From assembly GCA_051941275.1 (NCBI GenBank), contig JAVEBF010000074.1, positions 1-33,209 of the forward strand: DNA of 33,209 nucleotides. The letters are read 5' to 3'. Shown one piece after another: positions 22,848 through 33,209 of the stretch. This stretch comes from Dirinaria sp. TL-2023a. Taxonomy: Eukaryota. How positions within the stretch are numbered: the first letter of the stretch is position 1; each line of letters opens with the position of its first letter. The notes beneath the pieces were generated by a model. It was not told the origin of the DNA, did not search any database, and was given only the letters and a program-made list of their open reading frames with translations. The translations under genes and the position numbers were made by a program.

Positions 22848-23500
22848 TGTGGCCAATTTCCTCCAGCTTTTGTTTCGTCCACTAGAGCAGCGCACGTTGT
22901 GTAACAAGTGCGGTGTACGGCGTCATGAGCGACAGAAGATATTCTAGCAGAGATCCTGGGCTGAGTCGGAGAGTAAGCAGCTTCTTTTCTATAAGGCCAT
23001 TCTGGAAAGAGGACTGGGGCGGGGTATGAAAGGAATACGAATCCACCATGAGCAGCTTAAAGTTCTTACATGTACATGCGAGACCAGCAATGCAAGACCT
23101 ATGCATGTGCCATGCATCTCAGCCTGCTCCCGACGTGGCCGTATCATAGATCTCTTAGACATGGCATCTAAAGCTATGTAAGGTAAGTCAAGCATCGAAG
23201 ATCCTCCCAACGTCACCTCTGCACTTTCTGGCCTCTGTGGCCTCAGTGGCCTCGGAATTGCCTGCATGGCAATGCTGACAAGCTGCAGATATCGAAACGA
23301 GAACACAGCTGTGATCGTCAAACGGGTAAAAGCGAATAGGCTTGAATGGGCCGGTTAGGCGCAGCCTGCGCGGTCTGCGGTCGCAAAGAACGCCAACGGG
23401 ATCGAGCGCTAGCAAGCCTAGCTTTGGCCAAACACAGAACACACGATGGTGTCACGCCACTGGATCTGGCAGCTGGCGTCGGAAATCTTGCACTGCCTTC

Positions 23501-23537
23501 TACTACTGTAGTAGTAATTGTTGTTGTAGTAGTAGTA
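23501..23537. repeat. Compound trinucleotide microsatellite (TAC/GTA/TTG) upstream of the GPCR
   Basis: tactactgtagtagtaattgttgttgtagtagtagta. Confidence 0.7.
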
Positions 23538-26258
23538 CATAACAGTAGTAGATACATGACGCAAATATTGTTTCAAAAATCGATTGCAGGACGAATTGGG
23601 CATTGTAAGATTGAAGAGAAGTACTGGACCCGAAAGAAGCCTTAAACTTGGGCTCAGCCATTCTTCTCTATCAGCCTTGCGAGCAATAATGGCTTGTCAC
23701 TGACCAATCTTGAGCCCCTTTGGCCATGCATGGTCAGCAATCTGACACCTTGGCAATGTAGGAGGGCACAACCAGTCTCTCGGGCGTGGTCTCTTCCCTC
23801 ATACGGAGGACGTTGACGAGGGTCTGCTCAGAAAGGCTAAAACGTGCATGATGCCTGAGAAAGGACAGCGCGGTGCAGAGTTCAGCCCGTAAGCGTACTC
23901 CGTAAGCTACTTTCCTTCGTGGGTATCCATGTTTGCACTGCGAGTTCTTATGCCGCTTACCCATGTGAAAGGTCATTCCTATTTTGACTCCTATGGTACG
24001 AGTAAGCAAGGTTTTTTCATCGGCGATCAGATCATTTAGTAGATTGAATATCGTACGATCCTCGTTCACTTCCAGCTTCAACAATCCTGGGGCCGGTCAG
24101 AATGAGATTGTTATGCTGCGAAAATAAACCCCTAATCCCAGGGTGAAGCAACATTAGATTATCTTGATTATGACCTACCTTGAAGGATAGAATTCTAGGT
24201 GCAGCTGACTGACGTGCAGGCTCGGCGCTTCGCAGGATCATTCATGTGGGGCATCAGCCGTCAAACCACAACAACACTTAACCTCAAGAGTAAATGTCTC
24301 CCACTCTAAAGAAGCATGAAGTCACAGTGCGCGCAGGCCCCTCTTTTCTGCTTTTTCCAATCCTAGTCTTGGAATTTCGCACATGCCAATGATTTGGTGA
24401 ATAGAGGCCGACTCTAGAGACCGATGGTCAAAGCGAGATTATGAAATATTTGCGGAGACGGGGACATAACTTTGTGAGATACAAAGCTTCGGTCAATCAT
24501 ATGCGAAATGCCAAAGAAAATGTGGAGACACGAGAGGACTTTGAACACTCCATTCCAGCACGACACTTCACCCTCATTGCCGAGCTATTTCCGAAACCTG
24601 CCTCTGATAAGAATACTTTGAATTCGCAAACAGAAAAGACAGGAGCAGGCTTGAAAAATGGTTGAAATGACTAGGCGTGCATCAGGCCATGTGGTTAAGG
24701 TAACAATTTGGTTAGATGAGCTGTAGGCGCAGGTTCTTTAGTTTTATGCATGCAAATGCGGTGCCAGATCTTCCCAGCACAGTCGATCCATGCTATTCAC
24801 AATTTCACGAACCCCACGAAGGAGGTAAAATTACATACATCAAGAGAGGGAGAGGAATCGGCAATGTCAAAACGCTATTGTTGCTCTGTGATTTGGTCTT
24901 AAGTGCTGGTTATGCAGTGGACTAAGAACAAGTGCTGTGCGCAAAGGCACCTAGCAAAGCCATGAGAAATCCGAGCTAATCCTTCCGCTGGCGTGCCGAA
25001 GAAGCCGGCTCTAACGCTCGAAGATCTCCCGTCGATGCTGCATGCGATCAACTTTTTACGCGCAGATGGCACTGAATTGTTCCTGCATCGCCAATGTTGG
25101 GCAGCCAAGTAATCTCCATTTCTCCATATCTAGTTGCATGTTTTTAGATCTCCTCCTTTTTTAAGAGCAAAGTAGATGCTGTACCTGTTTTTCTCAGATC
25201 TCTTCGGACGATTGACTAGCAAACGCAACTCCTTAGATCTGGACGTAATGTACGACCCTAAACATCGTCAATCGCACCATTATTTCTCAGCACATGCAGA
25301 GTTATGCTTGATCTTTTTCTAGTGCTTCGACACATCTACCACCATTCCATACCCTTCGGGCACTAATCGTTGTTATAGTGCGCAAGCAGTAGATCCTTTG
25401 AACTCCAGCCCCTCGAAGGCCACCGTTGGGTAAGACCTTGGTATTCACAGCCGCCAATAGATTGGGCTCCACTGCTTGTACAAGCTTTGATATGGCGACC
25501 AATTTCTCAAGACGCGCGCCGCCTGATGTAGCTCCGTTGCTCGTTGAAATCTTCACTTCCAGATTACAAAGTGGTTGAAATTATTCATGTTGCCTTGCTA
25601 TGAGCGTGAATGCGAAGGCGGCAGCGTGGACTGAAGGCTTGGCTTTTCCGCTCATTGAACAGTCTCTGATGAAGGAGCCTGCGGTAACTGAGAATGTCTC
25701 ACTGTCTTCTTTATCGCTGGGAAGGCAAATGCCACTATCTCTGCAACAGCACTGCAAGACCCTTTGAATAAAGAATCCTCGCCGGTACAATGTCTTTGAA
25801 GCAATGATCGGATCTGGCAGTGATGTCTGTTCTCCAGCTGTCTACCAACGAGCACAATTTCGTTGCAGGAACGTGATATCCTTATCCATATCAGTTCGAG
25901 TTTTGAACGAAGGCAACGATTATCGAATTCTGTTGTACGAGCTGGCGATTACGGCTTTGCTCAGTGAACAAAGCCGATGTTAGTGTACAACGATGGGTTG
26001 CGACAGATTTCGCTGCATTAGTGAACAAAGGACTATGAAATTTGTCCTTCCCTTTTTTGTTCAGCAGTAAGGGAACAATGCTGCTGTTACAGCGCCCTAT
26101 CACAGAGTGAGGACTATAAGATACGGTCTCTAGAGCACTAGGACTCAAACATTAGGATTCCAAGTCCTTCATCCTAGCCCTGCTTATACCATATATCGAG
26201 CGCACTCGACCCAGTCCTTCTCACTATCTCTAGAGAGTTTTTGGCGCTGAAAGAGAAA

Positions 26259-27614
26259 ATGGCAGGTCCGTCTTCTCCAACGAGCCCCACGGATTTCGAA
26301 GCCTTCGCAGAGAGCTACCTCGAGACGCGCCATCCTTCCAAAGGATCGCGGACACATCGATCTTCCCGCTGGGAATGGCCTATTTCGTCTAACTCGCTCG
26401 CAAGCCATTCCAGCTTAGGCAGTACCTTGGACGATGATCACGTCAAAGCGTCGTCGCCAGGCTTAGTAAACTCCATCGATCACGCTTCTCGCAGACTCGA
26501 ACGTAAACCTCGATCTCCCTCCTGGTCTGAAATGGGCGATGACATAGAGGACATCCTAGATGAAGACCAGTCGCCATTGATAGGATATTCGTACGAAGAC
26601 ATTGGCGTTCAAGGTATCGGAGGCCGCCCATTCAGGGGTGAAGACTGGTCTGATATTGTTGAACAAGAGAGCTTGGAAGCCCGTGCTCGAAGTTCCAACA
26701 ATACCGAGTTTGGTCGTGGTTTTATTGAGGGGACGCGACAAATGCCTCTTGCGGCTCGCCGGGGCATCCCTCAACCACCAATACTGCAAACTTCCTTCCC
26801 TTGCCCGCCACCGTGTCAGTCGCCGGCGCTCTCACCAGTGGCTAAAGCTGTACCCTCCCTACAATACCCGTTTCCTTCTCCACTGGAAGGAGCTTCACCT
26901 CCTCTTCCGGCTCCAAGCCCGTCGCCTATGTTATCAGCAGGGATATTCAAATCCCCTGAATGCGCGAGTTTCGGAAATGCTCCTTATACCCAGAACCTCC
27001 TCTTCCAAGTCACGCAGCAGCTGGCCAGATTGGCGGAGGCACTTGGAGATCAGCAAGACGAGCTCGAAAAACACCACGTGGAGCCAATCGTGAGCTCTCA
27101 ATATTTTCGTCGGCAACTTGCAGCATTCGACAAGAGGGTGACAGTCTTAGAACAGGAAAAGATAGCGCGTGAAGCAGCTTGCAAGCCCGAGCTAGGACGC
27201 CAACAACCAGTTCGATTTGATGCTGCACAGCATCACCACCGCGTGTATCCTAAAGAGCACTGGCCATCTAGTCATACGACCGTGACCTCCTTTGACCACA
27301 CTAAACGAAGTTGTGAGAATGCCTCATTTGAGCGTCAAGGTGTCGAAAACATGGCTCATGCCGCAGCTCATGATGCTAAATCCCCGATTGAAGCCCATCT
27401 CTGTCTAGCACACGGCCCAATCCCTACATCTTTCGGGAAAAAGAAGTCGGCGGCACATCCGCTCTTACGAGGAACCATATCGACAAACTCGTATGACACT
27501 CGGATCAAAGCCGGCCCTACAGCGGCTGCAAACTTGGTAACGGCAGTCGGAAAGGCAGCAATTACCGTGATAGCAGCTGTATCATTGAAGACTGTGCTGG
27601 AGAATCTGTACTAG
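26259..27614 (+). CDS. Hypothetical Pro/Ser-rich protein with central coiled-coil
   Basis: Uninterrupted 451-codon ORF from ATG 26259 (AAAATGG context). SP-rich disordered N-half. Heptad-like segment QLARLAEALGDQQDELEK...RRQLAAFDKRVTVLEQEK. Hydrophobic C-terminus. No family recognised. Confidence 0.75.
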   Translation: MAGPSSPTSPTDFEAFAESYLETRHPSKGSRTHRSSRWEWPISSNSLASHSSLGSTLDDDHVKASSPGLVNSIDHASRRLERKPRSPSWSEMGDDIEDILDEDQSPLIGYSYEDIGVQGIGGRPFRGEDWSDIVEQESLEARARSSNNTEFGRGFIEGTRQMPLAARRGIPQPPILQTSFPCPPPCQSPALSPVAKAVPSLQYPFPSPLEGASPPLPAPSPSPMLSAGIFKSPECASFGNAPYTQNLLFQVTQQLARLAEALGDQQDELEKHHVEPIVSSQYFRRQLAAFDKRVTVLEQEKIAREAACKPELGRQQPVRFDAAQHHHRVYPKEHWPSSHTTVTSFDHTKRSCENASFERQGVENMAHAAAHDAKSPIEAHLCLAHGPIPTSFGKKKSAAHPLLRGTISTNSYDTRIKAGPTAAANLVTAVGKAAITVIAAVSLKTVLENLY

Positions 27615-27826
27615 AAGAATTGAAGTGAAGCAAATTGACTGTGGGGGGCTGCATTCTTCTGTATGCGAATTTATTGTTCTCTATAATCAATGCATGCATT
27701 TTTATTCGTACCTTTTTCCGCTTAGACATTTTTATTAGACAATTTTTAATGTTTGAGAATCAAAAATTGAACTGCTGATAAGAGAGAGCTTACTACGACT
27801 TATCTGCGAAGGACCCGGGCTTTGCG

Positions 27827-28528
27827 TTACCATGAACTGCAATTCACCAACCCGTCGTAATATCTCAATCTGTCTTCCTCGACCATAAGAACCGAGAAAT
27901 GGTTGAGGAGTGAATCGTCGACGCCATGGCGGTCTATTTTTCGTAAGCCGGTGATCAGCTTACAGAACCGTTGGCATCGAAGCATCACCCACGGACAAAA
28001 AGTTTGCCGTGGTCCACGTTCGTATGCTGAGCGCGCTCGACTGAAGAAAAACACCTGTAATATCAATGCGTAAAGCGGCCTTGAACTGCCGTTGCTCATG
28101 TAGAAGGGGTTTTCCACCATAATGCAATCGCTGCTCCAGGACTCACGGGGGGAAATAGATATTTTCTCGTTATCAAGCGATAGGAAAGCAGACTCCTGAT
28201 CTTCTATATGAAGCCATACAGAAGGCGAGAGAAGCTTCCCCACCGGATCTGGAAATCTCATGATCATACGAACCGTCGGTCGCAGCCTCGCAGGACAACT
28301 ACTACGGTCGACTGGAACCAAAAATCGTATGGCATTTGCGTCTAAGTGGAAATTATGCTTGATCTGGAACGACGAGATGGTGCTTTGTGGATTACGCGAC
28401 CCGTCCCGCACTTTGATTCTGTGACCACTAAGAGCACACTTCAAACCCTTTTTGGAAGAACTGGTTCGATAGTGCGCAAAGACGAAATTTCTGAGTCGAT
28501 ATGATTGGCGCTCAAGTATTGCTCGCAT
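27827..28528 (-). CDS. Uncertain ORF (233 aa), no recognisable domain
   Basis: Supported only by length and an ATG start. Composition is not convincingly protein-like. Confidence 0.2.
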   Translation of the reverse strand: MRAILERQSYRLRNFVFAHYRTSSSKKGLKCALSGHRIKVRDGSRNPQSTISSFQIKHNFHLDANAIRFLVPVDRSSCPARLRPTVRMIMRFPDPVGKLLSPSVWLHIEDQESAFLSLDNEKISISPRESWSSDCIMVENPFYMSNGSSRPLYALILQVFFFSRARSAYERGPRQTFCPWVMLRCQRFCKLITGLRKIDRHGVDDSLLNHFSVLMVEEDRLRYYDGLVNCSSW

Positions 28529-29245
28529 ATTTTATGCAGGGGAATAATACATACCTTACATACCTTAGTCACCTTCATTGGCAGACTCTTGGCGCTTTTC
28601 TCACGTGATATGAATCATTGTGTGCCGCAATGGATCCGCGTTCAGAAGAAATCTTCGAACTTCAAGATACCAAGTTGAAGACTCCTTCGCCTCGGTTGCA
28701 TCTCTCCAAATCATAAAATTCTCTCGCTACTACTCCATATTACCTATCCCTCAACGCTCTGCTGGATCTACGAAGTCCATAATGATTGCGAGATGAGCAG
28801 CCTCTTGAGGGATACGTGCGCTTGTAGCAGACTCGAATTAAAGTTGGTTACGCGCTTCTGTGGCTTTATCTCCTAAAGTGCTCTAATCTACCTTACAGTA
28901 CCTTACACATAGCACACTTCGTGCTTATCCTCAGAAAGGCGCCGTCTCTTCATGGCGTTCTTTTAGAATTTTGCCGGCGTCAATGATGTGTACTTTGGTA
29001 GATAATCTCCTTAATGGCCCGAGTGGGCGTATGAGTCTCTTAAATCTCCATCGCCAAACGTGCATGGGGCATTAATTTCCGCTAATTCCCCGCCTTGCAT
29101 TCTTATTTGGGTTCCATGTCCGAAATTTCCTCTCAGACTATTTGGGTTTCGGAGGTGCCTCCTGTCCAGGAGCGCCTGTCTTTCCCAGAGCAAGCAGGCT
29201 TGTATGCATTGACATCGTAAATATAGGATAGACTGCCGACCCATC

Positions 29246-30989
29246 ATGACTTCAACAGCTCAACAGGCTCAACAAGCATATGACGAAGCATTAGCCAAGC
29301 TACCAGGCCTTGAAGCTCCGCCGGGACAGACCCACAACCTTGTCAATCCGTACTCTCGCGGGTGGCTGATAGTCTTTACGTCTGCTATCACTCTGGTAGT
29401 AACTACGCTCCTAGTCGTCATCAGAACCTATACGAAACGTTTTCTCAATAAGTCAGGCCTTCAATGGGAGGACTGTGAGTAATCTCACTCTCTATATGGA
29501 GTTCTTACGTACTGACTTCAACACTAAGATATATCGATTACCGCTTAGGTTAGTAGCCCGTCTGATAAATATTGTTCTATTTTCTGAACCTCTGTTCTAC
29601 AGCTAGGCTATATCGGCTATACATCCGTGGGTTTCCAGTCTGAGAAGTATGGAGGGTATGTTCACGAGTGGAATGTGCCGGCTATCAAGGTGATGCGCTT
29701 CCTGCAGGTAAGCCCACACAGTTGTCATTCAGCTATTGTTTCTATCATCCGCAGTTACGGCTGCAATATTGACGTTGTCGTCTATCTACCCTAGCAATTC
29801 CAATTAGGTTGCTGCCCTGGCCCTTCCAATTGATATGTTGGGTTCTTTCGTAGTATCTCTATTTATAAATTTATGACAAGATTTTCTACCACGCAAAGGT
29901 TAAAGTCGACGATTACTATGCTCTTGTAATGCTTCTTCGATGTAGTGATCTCATGTGCGTGGTCTTTATGGAAGGATTTTCCCTGTTTCTGCCCGATGAT
30001 TTTTCTAAGAGACTGGCGGCTAATCCTGTCCAGATTGTCAATGACATCGAAATCATCTATGGTCCGGTCATGTTCTTGACCAAACTGTCCCTCGTGTTAC
30101 AGATGATGCACATATTTGCGCCGACGCGCTCCGGCATCACTCATCGTCTCTGCCTCTTCATGATCTTATTCAACTTCTTATTCTACACGATCGTCATGTT
30201 CGTCGCTATATTTGTATGCTCCCCCCGGCGTAAGTTCTGGAATCAGAAGACGCCGGGCCATTGTTTGAATATCGACAGCGTCAATATTATCACATCTGTC
30301 ATCAACGCCGCCTCGGATCTTGTTCTTCTGCTCTTGCCAATAATTTGTGTTTTCAGGCTGCAAATGCCTCTGAGGAAGAAATTTGGGGTCTCTGCGGTTT
30401 TCGCAACTGGTGCATTGTAGGTCACTCGCTGAATGAGCTCACTTTCTTTCAGGAGTATCCGCTGACGGGGTATCAGCGCCTACATATCTAGCATCATGCG
30501 CATACTAGCCAGCGTGCGCGTTCGAGGTGCCAAAGACGTGACGTGGATAATCCTTCCTGAAGGGCTTTGGGCGTAAGTCACCATATTCCTGCTTGGGGCG
30601 CTCCTTTGCTCAACTTCACACGATGTAGACAGGGAGAGATAAGCGGTGGTATCGTTTGCGGCTGCATGGCAACCCTACCTCAATTCTTTCGACATTTTGT
30701 CCCGAAAATCACGTCTAAGTTCAGCTCCGGGAGATCGCACAAACTAAGCGCTGCGAGTTCCAGCAAGCAAAGTGAACGCAAGAGAAAACCAAGCGTGGTC
30801 CCGCATCTTGACTCTCAGGTCTACATGGAATTAGATGATCAGATCCATCTCAAGCCAACAGAAGACAAAGGTATTAGTCCAAGGGTAAGGACTGACGAAG
30901 TTACTGTGGAGGATGAAGAGAAGGCTCTTCCGCCGATTTTGGAAGATTCTATCGCTGATGTATCCCAACGACCTGAGTATTACAAGTAA
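29246..30989 (+). CDS. PTH11-like (fungal rhodopsin-domain) integral membrane receptor, no CFEM; carries an in-frame TAG in exon 2
   Basis: Exons 29246-29474, 29529-29548, 29603-29707, 30034-30416, 30477-30572 and 30629-30989. Motifs PGL..PPG...NL.NP, R.YTK......WED, G...H.WNV, YGP.MFL.KLS..LQ...IF, C.PR.K.WN...PG.C, N..SD...L.LP...V..LQM....K.G...VF..G, SI.R, D.TW......LW...EI..G..C.C...LP. Exon 2 translates YISITA*(TAG 29546-29548). Confidence 0.88.
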
Positions 30990-32112
30990 AGATAAGATAC
31001 CGCCATCAGTTCTTGGTACGTAGTGGAGGGACCTGGTGGCTCTGCCGGCGTGAGCGGTTGAAGGGTGTTTGTCTTAGCCGAGGGATGTCGAAGCGTGTAT
31101 AATTTATTATCTATACGTATTGTACAGACTCCCCTACTTATGTCCAATTTCTAGATCCCGGTACGTTCTCCCGTCTAATGCCTTTAAGACTTTATTAGTC
31201 CGAATACTGTGCTCCTTGCAAAAAGTCGAAAATCTGCAACGGCTGAAAGCTGCAACTTTCCGGGTACATTAGAGAGGCAGTTTACACAGACCTGAAGGCA
31301 GCATTCCTCGAACACGCTGCTCGTCGAGAAAGGCACGAGTTGAGAGTATTTTGTTGTACGCCAAATGAGAAGTGTAGCGTGTTTCTGGGCATCTAGTCCT
31401 GGTCTGACGATTTCCTGAGAGGCGCAAGAAAACAGTCGAGGGAGTCGTGCTTGTTTCTAATCAGCAAACGAGGACGGAATTTCGTTTGAATAGTACGGTT
31501 GCTATAGCGGCATGGCCTCTATTGTGGTTGAAACTGGGCCTCTGTAACAGGAAACAACACAGAAGTTTGCTCATGATACCATGTGGTCGATGTCAAGAGC
31601 AAGTGATGTTGTCCCGCTTCGTCAGTAAGCTAGAGGCAAATGATTCGATAAACAAACAAGAGCTGGGATATCACGCACTAGGCCAGCAATGGTACTTTTC
31701 CAGCATCAAAGAACTTCTCTGGCGACAAGAGCACATGATCCACAGTCTCTCAAACTACCTATTCAAATCACATATCTAACAGCATAGAACGTCCATCTAC
31801 AACATTTATTAACCATGTCCTCGTGGATCGATAACGCATAAGAGTCAATATTTTACTCGCAAAGCACTCGAGAGACAAGAAATTTTGTCACTTGTCCAGA
31901 GTCCCTGAAGGAATGGGAGGAATAGCGTGGTATTGCGCAGGGAATTAAAGATGGATGTGAGTTTTCAATTCGATCTATTCTGAGTATACGCGTCTACTCG
32001 ACCTACATGACCGCAGAACCTGATGGCCTGGTACATGAGTTCCCTATGGCGCCAGTCCGGCCAGTTCGGCTTATCACCCAGCTTGTTTTCTTTCGCTGCT
32101 TGTGTTATTTGT

Positions 32113-32519
32113 TCAACTGGTTCCGACGTATCGGGTTCTGCCTCATGCATGTCAGCGAATATTTCGGAAGTGGACGCCTTGAGTAACGCTCGTGGCTCCT
32201 TTACGCTCATCTCTGATATCAAGTAGCTGAATTCCACTTACACGGCGCGATGGGGTTTCTTGAGTACACGACTACCACATCGTATGCATCTATACGTTGG
32301 CAAATCCTCCGGACTGAGTCTGGTTTCAATCTCGCAGAAGTCGCAAATATAATTCACCTTTTGATGTAGATGATTAGCGCTTGCTATACCAGCATCAAAA
32401 TATTTACCTACGCTTCTCGGGCGGTCGGCTTCGAAGCGCCGGTTCTCCTCCTCCAGACGATCGACGAACGTTTGCAGTTCCGGACTATTGAATCGCCTCT
32501 CGAGAGCTTCAGCTGCCAT
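32113..32519 (-). CDS. Divergent RPB12/RPABC4-like zinc-ribbon protein (possibly N-terminally extended from ATG 32771 through an in-frame TAG)
   Basis: Predicted introns 32411-32358 (GTAGGT..GCTAAT..AAG) and 32241-32138 (GTAAGT..GCTGAC..GCAG). The spliced product ends VNYICDFCEIETRLSPEDLPTYRCIRCGSRVLKKPHRAVTRYVGTS*. This matches the Rpb12/RpoP pattern Y.CxxC...RCxxCG.R.L.K. Confidence 0.6.
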
Positions 32520-32525
32520 GTTGTT

Positions 32526-32771
32526 CTATTCCAGATAGAAGAGTTCTCTAAGAATATTGTTGGTCTGAAGAAGTTTTATCAGACGTTGTGACAGCTGCGG
32601 CTGTTCCCGGAGAGGACTATGCATCCGCGCGGTCTGGGTTTGATCGGCTTCGAGATCTTGATTCACCTGGTCAGCAGGGTCGGATTCGGCTTGAAGTTGT
32701 TCGACTGTCATGTCCGATGCGGTGGTTCCAGATGACTCCTGATGAGTGCTCGATTCGGCTTGATGGCTCAT
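32526..32771 (-). CDS. Upstream in-frame ORF (MSHQAESS...LRELFYLE*): either a uORF or the N-terminal part of the RPB12-like gene
   Basis: Protein-like acidic Q/S-rich sequence. Its TAG (32528-32526) is followed by AAC AAC ATG in the same frame as the 32519 start. Confidence 0.45.
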   Translation of the reverse strand: MSHQAESSTHQESSGTTASDMTVEQLQAESDPADQVNQDLEADQTQTARMHSPLREQPQLSQRLIKLLQTNNILRELFYLE

Positions 32772-33209
32772 GATTGATTCTGTTGAAAAGGCGGGGGCCA
32801 ATGTTAAGAGTGAGCGAAAATGAGAATTTTAGAAGAAGAAAAAGCGAACAGCTCTGGAGATTGGTATCGCAGGAGGTAAGCACTTCCTTTTTGTAGCAAG
32901 AAGTTTTGTGGGAATCTATGACAGCGAAAGCTGGTGTCCAGATCTTTCAAGTTTGCAAAAATAGTACATGACATAGTCACTCGGACGATGCAGCTGAGCA
33001 AGATCTGTTGACTTTTCATTTGTTTGCTGTTGTCTCGAATTTGATATACGTATACAATGCTGCTGTCAATTGGTAGACTCTTTCTGTACAAGACAGTTTA
33101 TATAGTATTGGAAATCGATCTTGCATTTATTGACTGGCTGAGAGACTGGGTGCTCTCTATGGTTTGTATAGTGCGCTGGGAAGGAAACTGAGGCGACAAC
33201 ACATGCATG

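Noticed and set aside
25490..26070. + strand frame with few stops over ~190 codons
   Set aside because: No recognisable motifs or splice structure. Could be chance.
28548..28907. Recurrent TACCTTACA/TACATACCT motifs
   Set aside because: Common low-complexity motif in fungal intergenic DNA. No regular array.
31965..32237. Third consecutive in-frame ORF after the RPB12-like TAA, suggesting double readthrough
   Set aside because: The TAA is part of a GTAAGT donor with a matching branch site and acceptor, so splicing explains it more simply.
1..33209. Starship/giant transposon, CRISPR array or prokaryotic defence system
   Set aside because: No tyrosine-recombinase captain, transposase, RT/integrase ORF or repeat-spacer array seen. 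The sequence is fungal.

Overview
Eukaryotic, intron-containing DNA from a filamentous ascomycete (Pezizomycotina). The evidence is mostly short GT-AG introns (44-104 nt) with CTRAY branch sites, an intron-containing tRNA, fungal GPCR families and RIP-like damage. A lichen-forming (Lecanoromycete) host is plausible but cannot be proven from this window. The left end is an AT-rich, mutated zone with two or three solo LTRs, one with a perfect 5-bp TSD. After it come a repeat-containing hypothetical gene, a small secreted protein, a decayed gene, tRNA-Ile(TAT), a DHA2-type MFS efflux pump and an acidic-protein pseudogene. The rest is a run of cell-surface/signalling genes: a type II membrane protein with a fungal fucose-lectin-like domain, two convergent Cys-rich Mid2-like paralogues, a RING-finger protein, a cAMP-receptor-like GPCR, a Pro/Ser-rich hypothetical protein and a PTH11-like receptor. 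The window ends with a divergent RPB12-like zinc-ribbon gene. Most notable points: (i) the divergent RPB12-like gene; (ii) single in-frame TAG codons in two otherwise clean genes (PTH11-like exon 2, and upstream of the RPB12-like domain), which may be pseudogenising mutations or stop-restoring A-to-I editing/readthrough sites; (iii) the concentration of surface-sensing genes. All gene models were built by eye and no database searches were run.
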